Assembly: GCA_021108075.1 (NCBI GenBank)
Contig: JAIORP010000135.1
Location: 23,938-87,937, forward strand
Length of the DNA: 64,000 nucleotides
Direction: 5' to 3'
Source of the DNA: Candidatus Omnitrophota bacterium
GTDB taxonomy: Bacteria; Omnitrophota; Gorgyraeia; Zapsychrales; Zapsychraceae
Below the pieces are notes generated by a model that saw only the letters and a list, made by a program, of their open reading frames with translations, made no database searches and was not told the origin of the DNA. How positions within the stretch are numbered: position 1 is the first letter of the stretch; every line of letters starts with the position of its first letter. Below are positions 50,579 to 62,500 of this stretch, piece by piece. Position numbers and translations under genes: made by a program.

Positions 50579-53500
50579 GAACACACATAAGATTACTTTC
50601 TGTACTCCTATTACTATTAACGTTTCCTTCCACAACAATTCTCGCGGACACAAACACAGATACGATTAAGTTGTTAAGGACATCCATACAAAGTAAAGAC
50701 ACCCTCATTGAAGACTTAATGGATGAGAAGGATACATTGTCAAAACAACTTGAAATCCAGCGCGAAGAAAAGAAAAAATTTGAAAAAGAACTTATCCTTC
50801 TGCAAAAAAACATTGGAAAACTTGATGATGCATCACGTTCCGGTCAAGATGATGCTGCAAATTTGCGTCTTCAAAAAGAATCTTTAATGCGCCAGCTTAA
50901 TAAAGTCAGGAAAGAAAAAGTCAGGCTGGAAGACACGATATCCAAGTTGAATAAAAGTATGGATATTACCGACTCGAACGTTAACAGCAAGGTCGACGCA
51001 GCAACCTCGGCATTAAAAACCCGTGTACAAGAATTAAAATTACAACTTATCTCTTTGGAAGAAAAAATCGAAAACTCAAACACCAAACAATCAAAACTAC
51101 AAAAAGAAATCCACAAATTAGAAAACGAAAAAGCGTCCTTAACAAAAAAAATTACGCTCCGTGACAAGAATATAAGCACCCTTAAAAGACAACTCGTTGA
51201 TAAAATCAACGCGGTCCGTAAGCCGCTACAAAATGAACTCAGACAAACGAATGCTGCTTTAGCGATATCCAACAATGTCGTAAGGGACAAACAACTCGAG
51301 GTCTCGGAACTGAACCGGAAATACGAATTGACCTTAGTGAACATTAGAGAACTCAATAATAAGCTGGATAAAAAAGACATCGAAATTGAAGAACTCAACA
51401 ACAAAATTAAATCCATTCAAATACAGACTTCAGAAAAAATTTCATCGATCAGCGATCAAGCTAAAAAAGACATTGAAACGCAACGCGGCAAAGTCCAGTC
51501 CAAAAATAAAACACTCCAGGAAGAAATCTCCGATTTAAGTACTGACAAAAAAGATCTGCAGAAACAAATTTCAGACAAAAAAGAAGCCGTACGATTGATC
51601 AGGCGAGACAGAAAAACACTACAAACAAAATTAGACCAATTACTAATCCGCAATAAAGATTTGTTAAATAAGACAGCCAAACTTCAAAATGACATTAATG
51701 CCATTGAAGATTCCATAAAGGACAAAATTTCTGAGGCGAAACAACCCCTTTTAGGAGAAATAAAAAAATTAGAAGACAACATAAAGACTTTAAGTCGGCA
51801 CATGAATAACAAACATGAAAAAATCGACCTGGTCCTTGAAGAAAACAAAAGGCTGAAAACCCAGCTTGATAAAATTGTCACAATTAAAAATAATTATTCA
51901 AAAGATAATGCGTTATTAAAAACCCAGCTTAAACTAAACTCCGATAAAGTTGCCGTTCAAATTTCTTCCGTTAAAAAACCACTTGAAAAATCCATCCAAT
52001 CACTTCAAGAAGAATTAAATTCATTGCGAAAAACGAATGAAGTCAAAGGGCAAGAGATCAAGGCTCTGGAACAAAAAAAATCAAAATTAAAAACAGATCT
52101 CGATAGATTATCAACGGGAAATACAACCCTCAGTCAAAAAGTTAACAAATTAGAACTTTCGCTAAAACAAGAAAAAAAATTGCAGTCCGAAAACATCGAA
52201 GATATACAAAGTTCCTTACTAGATAAAATAATAACAATGGAGAAACAATCCAACGCCCTAAAAGCAACGGTTAAGGAGAAGGGATCATATAACCTGAAAA
52301 TTGTCGGTCAAAATAAATCCCTCACAAAAAAAGTCGCGAAGCTGGTAGAAGAAAAAACCGGAGCGTTTGAAAACCTTAAAAACATTCAAGTTCGATATAA
52401 CGAGATCAAATCAACATTAGACAAACGCATCAAAGTTGCAACCAAAGCATTAACTGAAGAAGTTCAACAATTAACAGTGCAACTGAAAAGTGCCCAATCC
52501 GGCCTTGAAGGAACAGACACTAAAATCATTCGTTTAAACAACGAAAAGAACAAACTGCAGGTCGAATTATCCAGGGAAGAAAACCAGCGACGTCAACTTG
52601 AAGCAAACATCACCGAACTGAAAAATCAACTGATACAAGTTCAAAAAGAACTGCCCAAAAAAATCAGCAGTGTCCGAAGCTCATTAGGCAAGAAAATTAA
52701 AGAACTCGAAGCTGAATTAAACACTCTGAATAAAGGAATCGCCGAACAGAAGACGAAAGTCTCAAATTTGTCGGCCGATAAATCTTTACTCCAAAATAAT
52801 TTGAAAAAAATAACGACAGAAAAGGGAATCATAGAACAAGAACTCCGACAACTTCAAGTTAGATTTAAAGGCCTGAACGACACTCTGCCACAAAAACTAT
52901 CTAAAATTGAACAACCACTCAAAACTGAAATCAATAAGGCGAATAAAAAAATAACCGAGCAAGAGGAAACAATCGCGAGCTTGTCATCCAAAAAATCTTT
53001 GCTCCAGAATGATTTAAAAAAGACAGAGACGGGAAAGAAAATCATAGAGCAAGAACTTTTGAGAATCAAAAATCAATTAAAAGGCCTGAATGACACCCTG
53101 CCGCAAAAAATATCTAAAGCCGAACAACCACTCAAAACTGAAATTAATACGGCGAAAAAAAGAATAACGGAGCAAAAAAAGACCATCTCTACTTTGACAT
53201 CCGAAAAAATCATGCTTAAAAATAATTTAAAAAATATAGAAACAGAAAAAGGATTCATAGAGCTAGAACTCCGGCAACTCAAAAATAAATTTAAAGGCTT
53301 GAACGACACTCTGCCACAGACGATATCTAAAGCCGAACAACCACTCAAAGAGCAGTTAAATACAGCGAACAAAAGGATAATGGAGCTAAAAAGAATCATC
53401 GCGAATTTGTCATCCGAGCAATCTTTCTTCCAGAATGATATAAAAAAAATAGAGACAGAAAAAGAACTCGTAAAAAATGAGCTCCAACAACTCAAAAACA

Positions 53501-56500
53501 AGTTAAAAGGATTAAAAAACGCTCTTCCTCAGAAAATATCATCAGTCCAGAAACCCCTAAAAGAAGAAGCCTCAAGACTAAAGGAACAATTATCAAACAC
53601 AGAAAATTCTTTGCATATAAAACAAGAACGAATTAATAATTTGACGATTCAGAAAAAAAATTTAGACAATAACATTACCCGCCTCAACACGGAAAACAGC
53701 AAGTTAAAAAGTGACATCATCAATCTTCGCAGACAGTTGGCCGGTCTAGAAGACAGTATCCCACTAAAGATTGAATCGGCAAAAACTCCCTTTGAAAAAG
53801 ACCTCTCCGACTTAAAAAATCAATTGCGGGAGGTTAATAATACAGTTACACGTAAAAACAAAAAAATTAAGACATTAAGTCGAGAACATCAATATTTACA
53901 GAATCGAATAGCGGATAAAGAAAAAATCATCAGCGCGCTGGAGCAGGATGTCGTTTCTTATAAAGATGAAGTCCTCAGCACTCAAAACTCATTGGATTCT
54001 AAAGTAAAGCAAGAAAGAATCCCTCTTGAAGCAAAAATCACGCAATTAAAGACAGAACGTCAACAAGCCGAACTAAAAATCGAAGAATATACCATTCTCA
54101 TAAAAACATTACATGAAAGAATAGAAGAGAACGCTTTAAAATCAAAAGAAATCACTACGGAAAAAAAAGACCTGGAAATAAATTTATCTAAAGTCACCGA
54201 AGAGTTCAACAACAATAAAAAAATTGTCGCTGATAAGATCAAAAACGCAAAAGATCCGCTCAAGAAAACAATCGCCATTTTAAACAAAAAAATCATCGCG
54301 ATTGAGAATGCTATCCAATCCAAGCAAACAACCATCAACAAAGTCACCCAAAAAAATGAAACATTAACGCGCCAGTTTGAAGATATCAAAAAAACAAAGA
54401 ACTCCATATCTCTTGATCTCCTGAAAATACAAAAAGAATTTGATTCGCTTCACGTATCCATTCCCCAAAAAATGATAGCTGCCAGGAAGCCACTGGAGTT
54501 GGAGATTGAGCAACTCACACAAAGGCTGAAAAAAGCGTCTACGTCTGTCAAGGCGAAACAACAGGAACTTAATCAGACGACCAAAGATAAATCACAACTG
54601 CAGATCAATCTGTCCAGAACAAAATCTACGGCCGATAAATTAGAATACGAATTAAAAAATATTCAGAATGCACTTAAAAGCTCAAAGAATGATATACCGA
54701 TAAAAATTTCTGAAGCCCTTGCGCCGCTAAATACTAAGATCAATGCGTTAGAAAAAGACTTAGCACTGTCAAAAAGCAAACTGCAATCAAAAAAAGAAAC
54801 GATAAAAAACCTTCAAAATGAAATGCTTTCATTGAACAAAAAACTTTCGCAAACACAGACTGAAAAAACCAATTTAGCCTCGAAAAACACAGCTTTAAAC
54901 GATGAAATAAAAGCTCTCGAAGAGGCCATCGTAGCAGAAGTCAAACAAGTGCAAATACCATTGGAAAAAACGATAAAATCATTGCAGGTCGCCCTGAAAA
55001 GCATGCAAAATAAACTATCGGACAATAATACTAATTTAAATAGAATTAATAAAGAAAAAGAAACCGTCACGAATAATCTAAACCAGCAACAACAGAACAA
55101 AGCGTCTTTACAAAAAAAAATTGACGGGCTTAAAACTACAATTGATAATCTAAAAAAAACGTTGCCAACTCAAATTGACCAGGCCAAGTCTCCGTTATTA
55201 AATGATATCAACAAACTTCAACAAAAATTATCCCAGGCAAATAGTACCATTTCACATAAATCTGACAAAATATCCGCACTTAAGCGGGACCACCATATTA
55301 TTAATGTTCAATTAAACAATTTACAAAGCGAAAAAGCTGAATTAAATAAACAGATAGAGAATATGCTTGAACGCGTCAAGCAAGCAGAACTGTCGGTGCC
55401 TCAAAAAATTCAAAAAGTTGAAAAACCGTTGAATAATGAAATCCGTGAGCTAACCGAACAGGTTCTGAAGACAAAAACCCTTATTCAAGTGAAAAATGAG
55501 GCCTTAGAAGTCTTATCAAAAAACAAAAACGCATTGGAATCATCACTCAAAAAAGTCCGGCAAGAAAAAAAACAATTGGCCCAAAAAATAACGGAATCTG
55601 AAGAACTCATTAAAGAGAAGCAGCGTTCCATTGGCAGCTTGAAACAGAACAACTACCAATTAAACAGCAAAGTAAGCAAATTAAATAGAAACCATGAATC
55701 CCTGCAAGCCAATTATGACAAAATACAAAAAGAGCTAAGACGAGCTAAAGCATCCACACCCAAAGAAATCTCTTCTGCCATCCAACCCCTGAACAAAAAA
55801 ATTGAAAGTCTCCGGAACGAACTGGACAAAGCCAAAGAAGATCTAAAAGAAAATCATGGCGCAATATCTTCAACCCATCAAGAAAAATCCTCAATGTTAA
55901 CCAAAATCAATGTATTGAACCGTGATAACAAAATCTTATCCCAGGAAATAAACAATGTAAAAACTAAGCTGCAAGAAGCCAACAATAGCATTTCCAATCA
56001 AATTTCCAGAGCGACGATTCCCTTAGAAGAAAGTATAAACAACATGACCGAAAAGCTGGCAAAAACTGGAGACGCCCTATCTAAAAAGCAAAATGAAATT
56101 GACGAACTTATTCAGGACAAAAACCAGCTTAACCACAAACTGAAACAGCTTCGAATGGAAAGAGAAGACGCAGGAAAAAGGCTGACGAGACTGCAGGATA
56201 AATTCGCAATAGCACACACGTCCAGTCAACAAGAAACGATAAAAGCGCAAAAGAAGCATCGAGAAAAGATAAAAAAGTTGGAGCATGAATTATTGGAAAT
56301 GAATGCTGCTGTTCTGGCGAAAGAAAAAAAACTCGCATCTTTGGAACAAAACAATCAAAATCTCAATCTCCTATTACGCAATTTAAGAAAAGAGAAGTCA
56401 ACCCTGAATAAGGAGACCGTTAATCTTCTGAACAAAATTAAACTTACTGAAGCGGCAGTCCCTCAAATGATTCAAATGACCAAAAGGCCTTTGAAAGAAA

Positions 56501-59500
56501 GAATCCAGACATTGACGGCGAAAGTGAAACAAACAAATGATTTAATCAATCAAAAAGAAGATTTGCTTAAACAAACTACAAAAGAAAAATTATTATTATC
56601 ACAAAATTTGACCAAGGCTCAAGAAACACAAAAGAATTTATCACAGGAAATCATTACCTCAAATAAACTCGCTCTCAAACATAAAGCGGATCTAATAAAA
56701 ATTGAGCAAGAAAACCTTGGACTGAAAAACGAAATAAGGTCCACACAGGAAACATCCGGAAATCTGGAGAAAAAAATTGAAAGAATCACGCAAGAGCTGC
56801 TTAACAGCAGAAATAACACAGCGAAAATTACCGCGAAAGAGATCTCTAAACTAACCGATCAAATCACCGCATTTAAAGACCAGTTGAAAAATTCATCGGT
56901 TAAATTGAAACAAAAATCGGAAAATATCCTTGCGGTCCAGCGCGAGAAGGAAGGCCTGACAACAAAAGTCGAGTCACTGACGGATGAAAAAAACTCCTTG
57001 GAACAAAACATCTCTGTCTTAAAATCAAAAATCGCACACACGAATACGGATCTTGAAAAAAAGGCGGAAACAATAAATCTGTTTAACAACAACAAAGACG
57101 CACTCGAATCTAAACTAAATACCGCTATAAATGAAAAAAATAAACTGAAACAAGAGGTTAAAGTTCTACGAACAGAAATTTTCCAAATAAAAAAGCAAAC
57201 CCCTATGCAAGTTGAAGAAGCGAGGCAGCCATTGAAAAAAGCCCTCAGGCATAAAGAGAAAGCAATCGCAGATGCCAATCGGGCTACAAAAGAAAAACAA
57301 ACGCGTATTAATCAGCTGTTACAAAACGACCAAGACCTAACGCAAGAAGTCCAACGCTTGAAACAAATACAGGTCACATTAAACGATAGCAACGCAAAAC
57401 TGAAAAAAAGCATGGACAAGGTCTCTAAGTCTATTCCAGCAAAAATATCAGAAGCCAAATTCCCCTTAGAGCAAGCCATTAAAATGCTTAAAAATAAATT
57501 ATTGAATATCGAAAACGAGTTAGTCAATAGACAAAAAAAGATTGACGCTCTGAATAAAGAACGTTCAGGAACTCAGACAAACCTCCAACAACAGATTAAG
57601 GTAAAACAAAATCTGTCAAAACAGATTGATGCGTTAAATAAGCAATACGCGTCTGTCCAAAAATCTATACCGGACAAGATTAAAACAGCTAAACGGCCTT
57701 TAGAGAAAAAAATTGAATCGCTTAATAAACAAATGATTGAACAGTCTGAAATCATCCGTCAACAAGAAAATAAACTCGCAGGGTTATCATCAAAAAATCA
57801 AAACATGACAGATTCTCTAAGCGTGATCAAAAATGAAAAATTGTCGCTGGAGAACCAAATAAACCAATTATTAAGCGCTAACAAAAAATTAAACACTGTC
57901 CTTCCAGAAAAAATCCGTCAAGCCAAACAACCCCTTGATAAAAGGATCAAAGACCTCAACCTCCAACTTGGGCAGTCACATAAATCTTTAACTGTTAAAG
58001 AGCAGGAAATAGTTAAATATAAAAATAAATCGCAACAGCTATCAACCCAAATCTCTAAATTGCAAAACGAACATAATCAACTGTTAACTCTCAACAAAGA
58101 CCTCAACATAAAGCTCGTCAGCCTCCAAAAAGAATTGCCTGATAAAATCGCCAGGATTAAAACGCCGTTGGAAGCCAATATCGCACAAATTTCTCAAAAG
58201 CTTTCTAACGCTCAAACACTAGTCAAAAAACAACAGGCGAGCATTGACCTGTTAACCAAACAACGCGACATTACCAGCTCAAATCTCAACAAGCTCAAAG
58301 ACCAGGAACATCAAACCCAAAAAGGATTAAAAGCTAAACAGGAACTATTAAGCCAGAAAAACAATTCGCTTAAGTTGCTCTCACAGGAAAACGCCCGGCT
58401 CCAGGATAAAATCGCTTCCATCAACAACGAAAAAGACCTTCTTGGAAAAAAACTGTCTCAAGTAGAACAAAAAATTCTTGAAACACAAAAAAAGATACCT
58501 GAAAAAGTCAATTTAGCCACAGCACCATTGAAACAAAAAATACAAAAACTCATCAACGAATTGGAACAAACGCAAACCTCCATTAAACTAAAAGATAATA
58601 AAATAACACAGCTCACACAAAAAAGTAAAGACATTTCACAACGGCTTGAAGAAACGCAGCGCCAAAAACAGGCTGCAGATAAAAACTTAACTCGGTTAGC
58701 TCAAGACAAAGAAAACCTTGAAAAAGTTGCGATGCCTAAAGCTCTTATTCTAGCAAAAATACCTTTTCAGGATAAAATTAAACAATTATCAGAAGACATT
58801 CAAAACAGTCAGGATACAATGACTGATAGAGAACGCACAATCGCCCAGTTAAGAAAGGAAAAAGCGGCGATTAACTCCAAGTTAAAAGGAATATCTGACG
58901 ATAAAAAGAATCTCCTCGCTACAATTAATAACTTGCAGAATGAACTAATTAACTATAAAAAATCCATGCCCCAACAATTATCGAAAGCCCGTGATCCTTT
59001 GGAGAAAAAAATAACATTTCTTCAAAATCAAATCGACAATACTTTTGACGAATTACAAGACAAACTCTTAATCATAGCGGAACTTGATGACGACATTGAT
59101 TATCTGAAGAAATCTTTAAACAACTCTACAAATCAAAATATCCAGGATAAAAAGTCCATTGAGGCCTTAAAGAGAGATCTTATTCGTAACAAAGAAAAAA
59201 TGGCAAATGAATTGCATAACACAGTCAGCCCTTTAAATGCCAGTTTAAACATCTTAGAAAAAAAACTGATTACCACCGAAGCGGCAGTTATTAAAACACA
59301 AAAAAACAACAAAAATCTGATTGTTGCAAATAACACGCTTCAGAATGAAATCAAAAATTCTGTCCAAAAGATAACGGAATTATCTGACAAACTTAAATCT
59401 GAGAAACAAAAAATCACAAAACTGCAAAGTGAAATTCCTAACCGAATCAAAGAAAAAACAAACCCATTGACCGAGCAAATATCAACTTTAAACAAATCAA

Positions 59501-62500
59501 TCGCTTCATATAAAAAGAATATCGAAAAGCAATCCATCGACAATCAAAAACTCCGTGAAATCAACAACCACACGAAAACAGCGCTCGAAAAAGAAATTGA
59601 GTTTAAAAAGAAAATTCAAACAAATTATGGTAATTTGAAAAAAACGATAAACGAACTTGAACAGAAACAACCTGAAGAGATAATAGCCGCTACAACCCCC
59701 CTAAACAACAGAATTAAAGAAATACGAAAAAAATTATCCGCATCCAGCCAAAATATTGCCAGTAAAGATAAAACAATTGAAGAACTGCGCATCACAAATA
59801 AAAAACTCGCAAATGATTTAAACTCATCGCAAAAGAACAATATTCTTTTAAATAAAAATATAGTTATGTTTGAAGAACAAATTGACAAAATAAATAATGA
59901 GATTCCTTCCAAACTATCGACTGCGACCAAACCTTTGAAGAAAAGGATCCTTGACCAAAAGAATACACTCACAGAGCTTTCAACGTCGGTCGACAGACTC
60001 AACCAGGATTTAAGCGACACTCAAAAACAAAGAAACCAATTGACATCAGACTTTGTTCAGTTAAAAGAGAAAAATCAAGAACTGCTTAAATTAATTGATG
60101 AATTAAGAAGCACCTTGTCGTTAACCAAGGCATCGATCCCGAAACAATTAGAATCCGCGCAAAACCCCTTAAAAAAAGAAATCAAAAAACTTCAGGAACA
60201 ATTCCAATCAACACAATCCGAGTTCCATAAAACACGGGATAACTACGGAAAGTTGAAAATTGAAAATAAAAAATTATCTCAGACATTATCCCGAACTGAA
60301 TCACAAAACAACGCCTTAGCCGGCCAGCTTCAAGACATCACACAAAAGTTAACCGTATTACAAAAAGTGCTCCCTAAAAGAGTGTTTGAAGCGAAGCTTC
60401 CTCTCGAAGAAAAATTGAAGAATTGGAAGGATAATTTCGCTAAAATGGAAACGGAATTAAAGGACACACTGGCCTTATTGCAAAAAGACCGTGACAGTAA
60501 CAATAAACTGAAAAAGGAATTCACAGCGTTGTCCAACAACAATAATAATCTCGAACAAGTGAATGCAAGTCTCAAAAATAAATTAGCTCAACTGCAAGGT
60601 TCACTCCCTAAAAAAATTAACGATGCACAGAAAACACTTAAGGTTAAACTTCAAAATCTAACAGAAACCTTGCAGGACCGCGATACGCAACTCAACCAGA
60701 AATCAAAAAAAATCACAGCACTAAATAATCAAATCAAAGCACTCACCCAGGACAACACTGACCATTCAACCATCGTCCGATCCCTGGAAGAAAAAAATAA
60801 AAAAATCATAAAAAATAACAATATCCTCAGTCTGCAGATTGAACAATGGCAAAAAGACTACCCAAACAAGATCAAACAGGCCCAGAGGCCATTAGAGGGC
60901 CAAGTTGAACAATTAAAGCAGCAATTTGCAAATGAGGCCGAAAAGAACAAACGAAATCAGGAACTCATTGCAAAATTAGAACAGGATGTCACCAACTCAC
61001 GAAATAATATTGTGCAAAACGAAGCAACGATCAAAATCCTAACATCCGAGAAACGAAACTTAGAAAACAGATATGCCAGTTTAAACGACTCTATCCCTCA
61101 AAGGATATCGAAATCCAAAACTTCTCTAGAGCAAATGATCCATAAACTAAAGCAATCCAACGACGAGTTGAACACAACGGCTAAAAGAAAAGACCGAACG
61201 ATCAATCAACTGACCGATCAATCAAAGGAACAAAGCCAAAAAATTGATTCTTTTAGATCTAAAAACTCTGAATTGCAAAAACAGCTCAATAATAAAATTA
61301 CTGAATACGCGACAAAAAGATCTGAACTTTCCAAAAAATTAACAGCAGCTGAAGCCACTGTCAAAGAGCAAACAGATAAAGAGAAAAAATTAAAAACACG
61401 GCTCCAAGCTTTAAAAAACATTAATGTGGAAACGCAGAAAAAATTCTCAACAACAATCAAGGAAAAAACACAAATAGATCAAAAGTTTGCCGAGATCAGC
61501 AAGAACCTGTCTATCAAAAATAATGCCATTAACCAATATAAGACTACGGTCAGTAAACTTAGGGATTCCTTACGTAATTTAGAAACCAACAAAGAGAATC
61601 TAGCACGGCGGGTGACAGAACTAGAAAAGCTAAATGACACCATCAAAACATCATTGCCTGAAAAAGTTGAAAGTGTAAAAGCCCCGCTTCTTTCAAAAAT
61701 CAATCAACTCGAGACTGCGATAGAAGAAAACACAAATGAACTATCAAGGGCAAAGACAACCCTGAAAACTTTGAAAGATGAAAATAAAGCCCTCAACAAA
61801 ATCCTCGAAAGCGTTAAGAGAGACAATTCTCTCTTGTCACAAAAAACAGATTCATTTAGAAAAGAAATCGACAAATCCAAAACCCAGGGCGAACTCGAGA
61901 TCAACCAAATAACAAGCGATCTCAGAAATAAAATTCAAATCATCCAGGAAAAAGAAAAACTAATTAAGCAGCTTCAATCTGACTTCAGAAACCTTAAAAA
62001 CGACCACGACCAGTTGGAAAAAAAATACCGCAACACAATTCGTGAGTTTGACGGCGCGCGAATTAAATTAGAACAGTATAAAGAAAAAATTTCGATGGAG
62101 ATAGAAAAGGCACGTAACCCCATATTAAATCAACTCAATCAAGTTAAAAGCGAACTTATATCCACGATGAGCGCCTTAAAAGAAAAAGATGAAAATATGA
62201 CAAGCATGAATAGAAATTTATCTTCATTGAACACAAAATACGATCAACTCAATAAAAAAAAAATCGCTTTTGAGGATCAACTCAGCCAATCAATCACCCG
62301 TTACCAAAAACTAGAAAGTGAAACACAAAACACGATTGACCGGACAAAAAGCACGCTCCATTCAGATATCAACAAGTTAGAAAAAGCCCTGGTAGTTAAA
62401 AGAGCCGAAATATCGGCAAAACAGAATAATATTCTTGAAAACGAAAAACAAATCAGCTATTTAAAGAAGGATCTTCAATCACTCAACGATAAAAATCAGA

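Noticed and set aside
50544-61904. About 30 minus-strand ORFs of 60-180 aa listed in the track across the 50.5-62 kb region (Phe/Leu/Ser-rich products)
   Set aside because: They are antisense shadows of the Lys/Glu-rich giant + strand ORF (AAA/GAA codons read as TTT/TTC on the other strand). None has an RBS or motif; the + strand frame is continuously open.
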